Shown: piece after piece, positions 25,810 through 38,399 of the stretch
Layout: each line of letters begins with the position of its first letter
Numbering within the stretch: the first letter of the stretch is position 1
Assembly: GCF_009834535.1 (NCBI RefSeq)
Contig: NC_045697.1
Coordinates: 53,322,001-53,386,000 of the forward strand
Reading direction: 5' to 3'
Source of the DNA: Camelus ferus
Lineage: Eukaryota
Length of the DNA: 64,000 nt
Notes under the pieces: model-generated
Database searches by the model: none
Told to the model about the DNA's origin: nothing
Seen by the model: only the letters and a program-made list of their open reading frames with translations
Translations under genes and position numbers: made by a program

Positions 25810-27932
25810 AGATCCTTTACCAAAAACTGTGCTTATTTAAAATTCTACATATAAAAATGCTTTATTAAATTATTCTAAAATATTGATATAACCAGTCTCT
25901 ATACTAATTTGGTGCTATATCTACCACTGTTTCTTAAATCAGACTATTACTGCTCATGCAAAATTATTTTGATAGTTTCCAAATGAACTTTCTATTGTTT
26001 GTCTGTACTCCCTCGCACTCCACCTGGCTTACTCCTCCTTTTATGAAATGCCTAAATAAGGCATCCAATCATGTCACTCCTTTGTCAAAAGATATTCTGG
26101 CTGATGATTGCTTGTTTTTACATCCATCTTTAAAATAGATGATAAAACTAGAAGATAAGTTTCAAGTGCTGAGACTGACTTGATGGTATTTATATCTACA
26201 GTGGCTATCACACTGCATGCTTATGAGTGGTGACGAAATAACTGTTGAATGAATGAATACGAGTTTCCTAAAATAACGATGCAAGAGACTGTATTTAAAT
26301 CCAATTATTTCATTGCAATCTTTAAAAGAGCTCCTTTATTTCCATGTCTTCAACTCTCCTAGTTGAACTAATTATATATGAGGCCAATATTACTTTTCTA
26401 GGTAGTTCAGGGATGTGAGAAATAGTGAGTGAATATTGAAAAATTCAGGAGATAATTTCTATCATCTTTTTTTTTTCTCCACTTGTCACTTCTCATATGA
26501 GTTTCAGTGGTTCAGGTTTGTAGTTCAGTCCACTCGGACTTACACTTTGAATGCTTTTCTCCTTTCAAAATGAACATAGTCAAAATATTTTCTTCAGCTT
26601 CCCTTACTTACACCCCACCAAACATATGCATAAAGCAGCATTCCCTGAATTTAAAAAACAAGAATAACAACAAAGAAACAGACAAGCAATAGAAATATTG
26701 TCTCTTTTCTGAAAGCCAAATTTGCCTAGCACATTGATTTGCTAAGCCAGTCCTGACAACTTGCATCCATTTCTTTTTATTCTCTTTCCCTGATTGGTTC
26801 TTCCATTCAATACATCACCAGATCCATTGATTGCCTTTCCTTAGGGCCCTTTTCTCTCATTTCTTTGAAGTCTTTATCTCACCAACCAATTTGAGTCCCC
26901 CTGCCTCACCACTTAAATATGCACACACATTTCACCTATGTTTATCTGTACCAAATAGTGTTTTTAATATATTCTTTCTTGATCAAATATCTCCAGCTAT
27001 TACCTAATGCCTAGGGAGTGAAGTTCAGACTCTTTGTCCTATTATTAATGGTAACAGGGAATTCAATTTGAATAAATTCTCAACCTCCATTTAAAAATAA
27101 TTGAAATTCTTTGGAATTATTTCAGCTTTAAGTTGTGGGACAGCATTCTTTTATCTCCAAAAATATTGTTTTACCTAGTAGTGAAGTATCTAATATTGCA
27201 GAGAATTTAGAACCTTTAATGTTGTTTTAGATAAATTGACTTTCTAAATGTGAATTGGTTCTATATCCTTATTTCTTGTTGGTATTGTATTAATTGCAGT
27301 GGTGTCTATTCTAATTCCTCATCAGAATTCTCAAGGAAAGTTTCTTAAACATTATTGAGTTACGAACCATGTAAGGATCTTCTTAAAATGCAAATCCTGG
27401 TTCATGAGGTCTGGCTGTGACTTCAGACTCTAAATTTCTGACAAGTTCCCATGTGATGTTTGTGCAGCTGCTCCAGAGTTTACAATTGGAAGGAAAGCTT
27501 AAAAGAATATATCCAGGTGCAATCTTAGCAGCAGGGCAGCCTACAGTCACAATTATATGTGATTCTGTTCAAGGGCTTTTATGTAACAGAACATTTATTA
27601 GTCTCATGATTCTATTAAGAAGTTAATTATTATGATAATACCTATTTTGTCCGATGGAAAGTTGTAGTTTAGAACAGATTAAGAACAGCTCAAATAATTG
27701 TTAGGCCAGGATACAAGCATTCTAGTCTTGGCACCATACCAGGACAGAAGTATTCTTTTGGAAACATTCAGATAAATAAGTACACTTAGGAGAGCTACAC
27801 CATGCAACATTTCTTACACTGGAGCTGCTTTTGGTTTGATTGATTGCTTTGTCTTATTTTAACTGTCATCATTGATACTTGTGGAAAAAGTAAAATGTCA
27901 CTAGACCCAGCTTACCTGTCTAATCAGTCTGG

Positions 27933-29014
27933 TTACTGATGAGCCCCAGAAGGAAATGGATCTTGAGGTTGTGGATAAATAGGTATTGGCTCATATTGTT
28001 GAATGTCTGGATCCTGACATATGGGACTCCCTCTCTGTATTCAAACAAAAGGAAAGAGAACATTGCAGAGAAATTGAGACAATGCCAGTGCAAATATTTC
28101 ACCATAATTCCCATTGAAAACTTAGGTTGTCATTATTGGTAGGACTTTATACATCATCTACATGATTGTTTTTTCAAAATTTTAGTTAGATTTCTACTGT
28201 TTTATAAGAAAAAATGTCTTTAAAAAGGTAAAAGAATAAAGCATTTACATTTTTACTGTTTGTTGACAGTTTTGTTGTTACATAATATATATGGGGGCAT
28301 TGATTACGGCCAGCCACTGAAAAAAGTTTTAAATATTTTTTTGTAATATTAACTCCAAGCTTTGCCCAACAGTAAGAAGTCCAGGGAGGAGGAATTTACT
28401 AGTTCTGGGGTAGGTGGGACTGGTTCTTCTCACTCTTGAATTCTAATAAGCTTACTGTCTCCAAACTGGTACGTTCTTTAACATTCACTTCTGTTAATTC
28501 AAGTATCCTTCATCCTTCCTTCTGCATCTTTTTATCTGATGCCATTTTACACTTGATCTTAGCCAAATGGCCGAGAAGTGATATTTGATGCCATTTTAAT
28601 TCATCTACTTACTATACTAGTGTAAATTTTTGAGAACTTACAACGTGGATATGCCATGTCAAAATAATGTGAGAGATCAGGGATACATTTCATTAAGAAA
28701 AATGTGAAATAAATTAAATTTCCTATCTTATTTAACATCGCTAATTTAACTTAATGACTTCATCACCCTTCAGAAGAATAAGTGGGAAACTGATAACAGC
28801 AGAAATGTTTTTAGCAACCTTTATGTTCCATTAGGTATATATCATGCCCAAAAGAATTAGAATATCAACCATTCTTTAGGCCAAGGCAATTATTTACCAG
28901 ACAAAAGTACTTGAGATCTGAGAAAATAATTGGACTCTTCAGGTTGGCATTATGAGTTTCTACCTAAATGCTACTAATATATAACACTACGGGGGCTTTT
29001 CCCAGGGTATTTTA

Positions 29015-29049
<35 letters not shown>

Positions 29050-30406
29050 GTATATTTTAGTCACTCATTATATAAACAGATTTCAGAATTAGGTATGGCC
29101 ACCTCAGAGAATAAATACTCGGAGAAGAAAATGTGTTGTTACTATTCCATATCATTAGAGAAATACTCACCAGGAAACGTCTCCTATGAAAATGTTCCTG
29201 TTAAAATAAAGAACAAATTAAAATTTTAATACATGCTTAATTTTCAACTTCTTCAGTGAATGAATGTGTCTTACCTCTTCAGACGTATCAGCTCCCTTGG
29301 GAAAAGAAAAGAAGAAAATAGTTAACATCTTAATTTTATAACTCAAGTTTAAGTGTAAAAAAACCTCTTAGTTGTCACAATTGTGAGCAAGAGAAAATGG
29401 AAGTAAAGTCTTAGGTTAACTGATACAGTAGGTTTTTTTTTTTATTGTTTAATGAAATCTTTAAAATGAGTGAATAATAGATTTTTATTGTAATTAATTT
29501 GCTATTTTCAAACATCTCCTCTGGTTTAAATTTCTTTAGTGTGTGAAAGGGAAGAAAACCCATCTCTGTGAGTAGGAGAGTGAAAACAAAAAGGTAAACT
29601 TTGGATTTGCTTAGGACAAATGTATTTTATTAGGATACGTTTGAGTAGCTCAAAGTTACTTACACTCAAATCTTACTGAGCTGATAGAGCCAGGTATTAC
29701 ATTTTTCTCTGTTCTTTTTAAATTTGTATTTTTCCATTTCTATCATTTCATGATAAATAATGTGATGGATTGTGATATCATAACCAAGTTGTTTTTTAAA
29801 CATCCGCTAGTATTTCTCTATTACTAAGCACAAAGAATACCAAAGTAAAAGGGACCATTAATTTTAACAGAAAAAGAAACAAGGTTATGGAGAAAGGGAG
29901 GAGGAGGAAAGGAAGGAGGAGGGAAGCAATTCAGAGAAGTCAAGTTTTACCTAATGACACACAGTAGTAAATGACAAGACCAGCTTGGAACACCTGGTAG
30001 GTGTAGAGCTTTTAGTATTTAAGTGTCTTTTATCAGCCTCCCAGCCTCACATCTTTATGGGGCTCTTACGAATTTTATTTTTACATTATGCCAGTTACAC
30101 TTCATGAGGTCTGAGCGCGTTTAGTATGTTTAGGGTGTGTTTGAGTATGTGCATGTGGGTGCACATACTCAAAATACATTTTAAGTCATTAATGACCTAT
30201 GTAGCTTAGTGCAAGAAAAATGTTCATATAAAAACATTAAAATCTATCAAGGCATGTTCAAATAAATGCAAATCTTGGCCAGAGGACAAGAAATATGAGA
30301 GATACTTTAGACAATTACTGATAGCATATTGTTCAAAATTGCCCGACATACTTACAATCATGGCTAACATGAGAGCCATAATAAAGGCAAAGAGAAGGAT
30401 CTTCAT
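27933..30406 (-). CDS. Statherin/histatherin-like secreted SCPP peptide, gene A (66 aa)
   Basis: Phase-0 exons 30356-30406 MKILLFAFIMALMLAMI; 29275-29295 GADTSEE; 29171-29197 EHFHRRRFL; 27933-28034 RGSPICQDPDIQQYEPIPIYPQPQDPFPSGAHQ*. All GT-AG, with STATH/HTN-type exon layout. Confidence 0.85.
28548..28582 (-). pseudogene. 3'-truncated U2 snRNA retrocopy (35 nt)
   Basis: ATCACTTCTCGGCCATTTGGCTAAGATCAAGTGTA equals U2 nt 1-35 with 2 mismatches; 16-bp TSD at(c/t)tgatgccatttta at 28534-28549 and 28583-28598. Confidence 0.9.
29015..29048 (+). repeat. (AATC)n microsatellite
   Basis: About 8 tandem AATC units. Confidence 0.9.
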
Positions 30407-31280
30407 ATTGGGCAGAGTCCTGTAGAAAGCATATGCGAAAAATCAGTAGCACATTCACTGCTGCCTTTACAAACCAAACATTTATTGATCGAACTGTGTT
30501 CTGAAGCCTTGTGAAACAGATGAGAAATACAAAGACAATTGAAACACACTGCCTGAAATAGTGGAAATTAGAGACTAGTAGGGACCTTAATAAGTAAAGG
30601 CAAATGTTGTGATATCGAAACACCACATTTCTACAAACATTAATAAAACAGACATCTGAAACAGGCCAAGCGAATGGCGGTGTTAAAAAAAGAAAAAGGC
30701 AAAATTTGCATTACAGTATATAGGGTAAGTAAAGAGTTGTTGGGAGCTCGTAAACAAACAAACAAAAAAATGCGGTACCATGAAAGTGAAAAAGTTCAGC
30801 TTGTAAGAAGGGCAAAAATGGAGACAGACTGACCACTTAGATTGTCGTGAAGTCATAGAGGCTTGAAATAATGACATTAGTGATCATAATTAAAGCAAAG
30901 TTTAAAGAGATGTTTAGAAGGTAGAATGACAAGGACTGAGTTTATAATAGAGTTAGTGAAGGTGAGCTAGTTTTCTGGCTTGAGAATTATGTGGATGGTG
31001 TAACCTGGTAATAGAAATTTAATAATAGTGGGTAGGAGAAAAATCAAGTTGAAAATAATTTTCAGGAAAAATATTTGTAGTTTTTTGTTTTGAAATTGAA
31101 TTGGTAAAATGATATAATCTTCCAAATATTCTTATTCAAGAAATTAACTGAATGTAGGACTCTTTGATTTGTACTTATAATTCTATACATGCAAGTAAAC
31201 CCAGTTCTCCTGTTGTTGAAAAAGACTTAAAGCAGATTACATCTGAATTATAAACATCCAAATAAAAATATTTCCACAAA

Positions 31281-31791
31281 TACATCATACACAAAGATAA
31301 ACTGAAAGTGGCTTAAAGACTTAAACATAAGATAGGACACCTTAAATCTCCTAGAATAGAACCTAGGCAAAATATTCTCTGTCATAAATCGTAGCAATAT
31401 TTTCCCAAGTAAGTCTACCAAGACAATAGATAGAAATAAGTGCAAAAATAAATAAATGGGACTTAATTAAACTAATAAGGTTTTGCACAACAAAGGAAAT
31501 CTACAGCAAAAAGAAAAGACAACCCTTGGACTCAAAGAAAATATTTGCAAACGATTCAACTGACAAAGGCTTAATTTCCAGAATATACAAAGAGCTCATG
31601 CAACTCAATAACAGCAGCAACAACAACAAAAATTAACCCAATCAAAAATGGGCAGAAGACCTAAACAGACATTTTTTCAAAGAAGAAGTACCAATGGCCA
31701 ATGGGCACATGAAAAGATGCTCAATATTGCCAACTACCAGAGAAATGCAAATCACAACTACAAAGAAGTTATCACTTCATACTAATCAGAA
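31281..31791 (+). mobile_element. L1 ORF2 fragment in gene A intron 1
   Basis: L1 ORF2 wording (atacacaaagataaactgaaagtggcttaaagacttaaacataaga; atgggcagaagacctaaacagacat; agaaatgcaaatcacaactac); absent from gene B. Confidence 0.85.
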
Positions 31792-32076
31792 ACAGAGAAA
31801 TAAATGTTAAGAAAATAAAAAGGCTACTAGCATACCCTTCCAACAGAACATATCTCCTCCATTTTACACATCAGTTACTTTGTACAACAATCACTGTCAA
31901 TTCAGAGGCATTAAGATCCTGTATCCTTCAGATTTGACATGGGGTGATCATTTCTTTAAATTATTTCTGTATTACTAATTATCAATTATCAATAAATAAT
32001 ATGAACCTAATAAATATTCTTCAGATTATTCTACCAAGCAAAATATTAGTAGAAGACATCATATTAGGCATAATAC

Positions 32077-32171
32077 CTTTCACCCAAGATGAGACTCACG
32101 CGTCAGAGAAGCTGAAATTCTGAAGTCCTAAGAGAGGATGTGCTTCCCTAGAGGACTGAAGTATTTAAATA
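32077..32171 (-). promoter_or_regulatory. Gene A TATA box and non-coding exon 1
   Basis: TATTTAAATA at 32162-32171; exon 1 from ~32140 with candidate donors at 32100|gtgagt and 32077|gtatta; conserved in gene B. Confidence 0.7.
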
Positions 32172-33013
32172 CACTGAAATCCTCCACTTGTCTTTCTCAA
32201 TCATGTTAATTATGAGATCATATTATAAAACTGCAAATAATGCCCAAATCCTATCCCCAGAGACACTAAGAGTGAAATTAATTAAGTGAAATTAAGAGTG
32301 ATTTACAATAGAATATTGTGAAGTAGAGTGATAAGAAAGCACACAGAAATGTCAAATGTTAATCCCAGTGTCAATCTAGGAAACGTGATTTTGACAAAGA
32401 CAAATATGGTAGAGTAAATCACATTAGAATTGAAGTGGCAGAAATGTTTCTTGAGAACACCATTTACTTTAGTTCAAGAAATATATGTTCAAAATGGAAC
32501 AAATCTATGCCAAAAATATATCATCCAATGAAAATTTTACCTTTGTCTAGTATGGTGACACCTGTCAATTAAATTGGAGTCATCATTTATTTCAAATATG
32601 TTTCCTACAAACTATTACATTTTACATTTGTTCTATTGACTTTAGGATATTTTCTTAAAGTATATTCAAGCACTTGGAAAAATTTGGTAATCTTTTGGGT
32701 ATTGCATGATAAAATAATTCTTATTCTTAAATTAAGTAACCATAAAATCTCAGTAGTATATATTTCACATAGGGACTAGATGCGTAATAGTTGGAATTTA
32801 ATTTCCTTCCTTTGAGTCTTACACGTTTCTCAGTGGAAGTCATGAGTTGATGTAATTATAAGAGATAGAAGAAACTAAACTGGTTTCACAAAGTCCCTAG
32901 ACAAATTTACAAAAAAATTTATTTCTTTGCTACTTATTGGCTAATTTAATGTATTCAGAACCAAAAATCAGCAAATCATGTAAAATTTAAATAAATCATA
33001 CATCTTTATTCAT

Positions 33014-33197
33014 CGTTACTCAAAATGTGTTACATGAGACCATTGGAATCAGCATCGCCTGAGAACTTGTTGGAAATGCAAATTCATTAACCTCCTTTCC
33101 AGACACATTGAATCAGACTCCTGGACATGCACTAGGAATCTCATTGTAACAATATCTCCAGGTGATTCTTTTAGCAACATAAAGTTTAAGAAGCCAC
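33014..33197. mobile_element. MER5A-like DNA transposon relic (paralog ~50472-50657)
   Basis: atcagcatcgcctgagaacttgttggaaatgcaaattc...ccaggtgattct...aaagtttaagaagccac. Confidence 0.7.
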
Positions 33198-34539
33198 ATA
33201 GATACTCAAAAAAGGTATTACTTGTTTATAGGTATCACCCTATAATTAGAACTTACAATTTTGTATCAGGTGTTTTAAGGACATATTTATTAGGTGAATA
33301 TTTTATGTTGCATATGAACAACCTCCTTACAAATTATTCTTGTTCTCTGGATAGTATACAAAACATACATGATTTATTAAAGCAAAAAAAGGAAAGTTAA
33401 ATTCAATTTCAATTATTTTTTAATGATTTCTATGCCTTGTAGATATACTGTCTGAAATGCAAACCAAATCTAATTTCTAGTATATTCTGAATGGAGAAAA
33501 GATACATAGGTTTCAGCAAGCCCTGAAACTAGTCTGTTTTTTAAAAATGAGCCTTGCTTTATTCATTGCATAAATGACAAATGATTTTATTCCTTCTTTC
33601 CTATATTCTTTATTTCTCCTGCCTTTTCTCACTGATTTTCTTCACTCACTTTTGTGCTTATTGATTCATTTAAGCAATGGCCCTAGCTACTATTCTAGAT
33701 GACCTATGATAGTCACAGCCTAGTGAGCAAGAAGAAAACGAATGCTCCAGAGGCCCTACCAAGCAACAAGAGCAACAAACACAATCTGCCAAGTAATAAA
33801 AATTGATAGATGTTAACATTAATATTTAAAACCTACAATTAAACTTAACTCACTAATATGTTAGTTTGGGGCACCAAAATGCAGGTATTATTCCATCCAT
33901 CATTTGCTGCTTCAAGCGGTAGGAAGTGGAGGGATTACGTATGACAGTAAGAAACAGGAATAGTGGACTCTAAACAAAGAGTAGACTTCTTGTGTTACTT
34001 GTGGTTTCATCCTATAGGAACAATGGGTCATTTTGGAAGACTGATGAACCAGAACATGTCCTGATATTTTATATTAAGAACACAGATGTCTTGTTCATAC
34101 TAAACCAAGCCCCATCCTGTTTGAAAATGCCAAGGTCTTTCATTTAGAAGAAAAGCATCAATAAAGAGCTACTGTGTATCACAGATGTGGCATTAAGTTG
34201 GTGGCATTAGAAGGCAACCTGTGAATGAGTATTGATGGTGATATTATTGCTGGAAAGTCCCAGTCCCTCTCCTCTTTCATTTCTTCCTCTTCCTCCTGCT
34301 TGTCCTTCTTCATTTGTCCTACAATGAAGAGCATGATCTTCAGTCTATGACAAAATTCATGCTTTTATTATTAAATAAAAAACTTTGCATTATATTCCTG
34401 TGTGAACTACTAAAAACAAAAAATCACAAATGACAATAAAGAACAACTTATGACTGACTACCTGATAACAATATATCTCCAAGTCATTTGGGATACAAAA
34501 ATGACGATCTTCTATTCCTGCCCTTCAGGGGGTTTACCT

Positions 34540-34902
34540 TATATTATGGATTGAATATTGTGTCCCCCCCAAATCACATGTTGAAGTCATACCCCCAATA
34601 TGAGGTATTAGTAGGTGAGGCCTCTGTGAGGAAATTAGGTAGAATGAGATCATAGGGTAGAGCCCCCTCACCCCCGATGGGATTAGAGGCCTTGTAAGAA
34701 GAAGAGACACTGGAGCTTTCTCTCTCTGGACCACGTGAAGAAACAGTAAGTAAGCCAGGCAGGGGGCCTGCACCAGGAAGCCAAGTGTGCTGGCACCCTG
34801 CTGTTGGACTTCCCAGTCTCCAGAACTAAGAGAAACAAATGTCTGCTGTTTAAGCAACTCAGTCTGTGTCATTTTATTATGGCAGCCTTAGCTGAGTAAG
34901 AC
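34540..34902 (+). mobile_element. MLT1 (MaLR) LTR (paralog ~52411-53002)
   Basis: tattatggattgaatattgtgtcccc...gaaattagg...ttggacttcccagtctccagaact...tatggcagccttagctgagtaagaca. Confidence 0.8.
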
Positions 34903-37900
34903 ATTTTGTAATTTGTAAAATAGAAAGTTTAAAGTGGAAGTGAAGTTAGAAAAGACCACGGAGCAAGTGGAATATGTGATTCTAAATTGGGGAGGAAAAG
35001 GTCCAGACCAGAGCTTAAGATTTAGAAGGATTTGTCTATTGATTATAATGTACACTGGAAATTGAAGAGATCATATAGGAATGTGTGTTGAGTCAAGAGA
35101 GAAGCAGGCTGAAGAGAGAAGTCGTAGATAACACTGATGTAATGTCTGACAGAAAATACAGAAGTCCTCGGATGTTTCCTAGAAGGGAAAGAAGAACAGA
35201 AGAGAGGAGAATTTCCAGCAGTTTGTGAGCTGTGGAAGCCAAGGGGATGAAATTTGAAGAAGGAAGCTTAACTATCATGAACAAATGTTATAATTACCTT
35301 AAAGGTTGCTTAATGTCCTTAGACTACAGTTTTCAAATGGAAAAGTTATAATAAGTACTTGGACTGCTTTGATAATATATATAAATCACATTGAAAATAA
35401 ATTTTCAAATATAAACATTTGGACTGCTTTGAGAATATATATAAATCATATTGTAAGTAGAAAATTTTCAAATATAAATATTATTATTTTATTTTATTAT
35501 TATGCTCATTAGAAAGAACATCTTAATTAAAATATTTTTCTAAGGCTGCATGAGGAAATGAAAACTGAAGTACAGAGATAAAACAACTTTGTCAAATATG
35601 AGAATCACCTGAAACTTTAAGACAAGTGGGAGAAAGTTAGAAATCTGATCAGACATAGATCAATATACAAAAGAGTGAGAGGGGGGAAATGAAGGCAGTG
35701 ATGTCAAATGGACTCACTTTGTTTTTTTACTAAATAGGTGACTGTTTTCTGGAATTGACTAATGTATAAGATGAGTTAGATGCGTCAGAAAATTAATGTT
35801 ATTTTTGACAGTTTATTGAAAGGAAAGAGTGAGAGGTGTATGGCCAAATGAAAGAAAAAAAAAACATTTAGAAAGCAGTATTACATTCTACACTTGGAAA
35901 ATATAAAAGGAACTCTTTTTTTCCTGTACAGTTTAGTATCTTTGGTAGGACATTCCAGAATTGACATTTTAGCAAGCAGTTACTTAAAGTCAGAGATTCA
36001 GAGGAGTATTTGAATTAGTGCCAAGGTCTCTCATTTACAAGGGAAAATCAATAAAAGGCTGCTGCTATGTCAAAGATGTGACATTAAATTGTGGCATAAG
36101 GATGCAACGTGTAAATGTTATGGTGATATTATTACTGGACTTTCTTTTCCTTCTTTGTTCTTCTTTTTCATGTTTGAAACTGGGTTTTTCAGTCACACCT
36201 ATACAGAGAAAGAAAATAACAGATTGCCTAAAATGTACATTGCTGTAAAAGCATATACATTCTAGCCTGTTACAGAATAGCTGTTTACAGATTATTTTAC
36301 TTATTTATAGCTAAATTTATATAAATATATATATAAATATTCATATATATCACTGACTATACTATTAAAGTAACTTAGTGTCTGAGTAGACTATTAAATA
36401 TTCATTAAATTAGTATCTGAATAAATAGCAATTATCATTCCATTTCTTAATATATTAGACAAAAAAATTTATCATTACACATCCAATGAGAAATAGTTAC
36501 TCTTTTCACCATATACTGATAGGATGTTATTAATTATTCTAATTAGATCTAGTTTAGTATGCATCCGAAGATGCTGCAACTTCTACAATTAGAATTGGTG
36601 GATCTAATTGAAATCCAGATTCACTCAATTTTGTTAGCAAAATAGCTTTAGAGAACTTAAAAGCAACTTTAAAAAAATAATTTTAAAACGATCTCCCTCA
36701 AAAAAATAGAATGATGCCATTCTTTCACCACCAGATTGCTTCAAACAGCCTCATAAAGTTCATTGTTTTCTAACCTCCTGCCATTTCTAATTGTCCTCTT
36801 GAAATTTCTAATTGTCCAACAATTATTTTTTCCAGCAAAACTTCTGGCCACTTTGTTTTTCAGCTTTCCTTTTTGTGTTAGCAGAAAATGTGACTCATAT
36901 TCCTCATCTGAAATGAAGCTTCCTGAGGGCCAAGTATGTATCTCATTTTTGTAACTACAGCTTCTCCCTGTTGTATAATGTACATGTTGCACACTTAATG
37001 AATGCAACATGAAGAAACAAAAAATACTTCAAGGTGAATATTTCTATTATACAAAGTATAAGTGGAACTATTACTTTTGACATAATAACAATTTTTGAAA
37101 AGTGTCCTTTACCTTTAATGTGTTTCACAGAAACAACTGAGTTTGACAAAACTTTTGACTGGTTAAATTATTTTCGTGGTGTTTCTACAGGATGTAGGTA
37201 TTCCCTGTGCCTTCAGAAGAAATTGACTACAGCTTATTTTTAATGAATGCGTAAAATACATGGTTGCTATAGCACAGTTTTCATTTGAATCAAAATGTTT
37301 TCACAATTTAAAATGTCATACCAAAATTTTAAAAATATATAATTAAGTTGTTTGAACATGACTTCCTGATTTTGTATTTTCTGCCTAAATATCTTATTTT
37401 ATTGTTTCTTGAGTTGTAGGCATAAAGAAATTACCAAGTGGTCAAATGGAATGATGAACTCAAGACATAACAGATTTCGCTTAAAAAGAAAATATATATT
37501 TAAATTTTAAATGAATGGTCCTTTCTACATTTAATAAATATTTAAAGTAGTAATATTTAAACCCACACTCTGAAATGCTTAGTTTTCTCTGTTACTTCTA
37601 CATTCTTAGCTCAGAAGTTCATTACATCTAAGATATATGAAGCCCAGAAAAGTAAAGTATAGAACTGAGACATCTCCAAATATTAACTAGTTTAAAATAA
37701 ATGGTCAGATTCATGGTTTTATGTTTCTGCTTTGTTATTTCTGTTGTTTGGTTGATGATGAAAAGTTTACGCTTTAATATGTTAACTTACCATTTTGTGT
37801 AAGAGTTCTTCTAAGACTTACCACACATATCCTTTCACGTTTAAACAATGAAGAAGAATTAGTGTATGTGGACTTTAACAGCTATTGAGCAAGTGATGTC

Positions 37901-37925
37901 TCCTAAAGTCATATTTTCTTGTATT

Positions 37926-38253
37926 TGTCACAGGGACCTTCATTAAGGGCAGGGAAGAATCACGGGACTGGAGATATACTGAGGGGTTCGAGTCAAGAAT
38001 CTCTCGGTTTATTGCACCCAACTAGAACCCAACATAGGTTAGTCGAAGTAGAGAAAAGGAAGTAAGGGTCCACTCCAAGGAGAAGTGAGGAAGGAGTCAT
38101 CTCTGTACAAGCCGTGGTCTCTGATCTGGCGATGGCTGTCACAGCTGTGAGGGGGAAGTAACCTTCTGCTCTGATGGGGACTCCAGCAGCATCTCTTGGA
38201 ACAACTCTCAGCAGCTTGGAGTCTGGTCCTCTGGCAAACAGCTTTCGAATCAC
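37926..38253 (-). mobile_element. LTR 3' fragment (R/U5-like)
   Basis: GC-richer island; AATAAA on the minus strand (~38007-38012), then a U5-like tract ending TGTGACA. Confidence 0.5.
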
Positions 38254-38399
38254 CTAGTTAAATATGATGATGTTATCTTTGGGTGTTAAGTATGTGTGAT
38301 TGTTAATTTTACTTTACACTTTCACATACTTCTAGTTGTCTGTGATGAAGTAATACTGCTAGTAAAATTAGAATGAAAACAATAAGTATCATTAAAAAT

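Larger units (their letters stand above)
24870..36026. repeat. Segmental duplication unit A (~11.2 kb)
   Basis: Colinear, clearly diverged homology to 42340-54097 across exons, introns and shared old repeats (MLT1, MER5A, LTR). Confidence 0.92.

Noticed and set aside
27920..28114. 64-aa minus-strand ORF over gene A exon 5
   Set aside because: Wrong frame; the phase-0 spliced frame gives the Pro/Gln-rich peptide homologous to gene B.
30224..30406. 60-aa ORF starting MKILLFAF
   Set aside because: Only the first 17 codons are exonic; the rest runs through the gtaagt donor into the intron.
37993..38253. 86-aa ORF behind a possible acceptor
   Set aside because: Lies in an LTR-like fragment, GTG start, no homology recognised.
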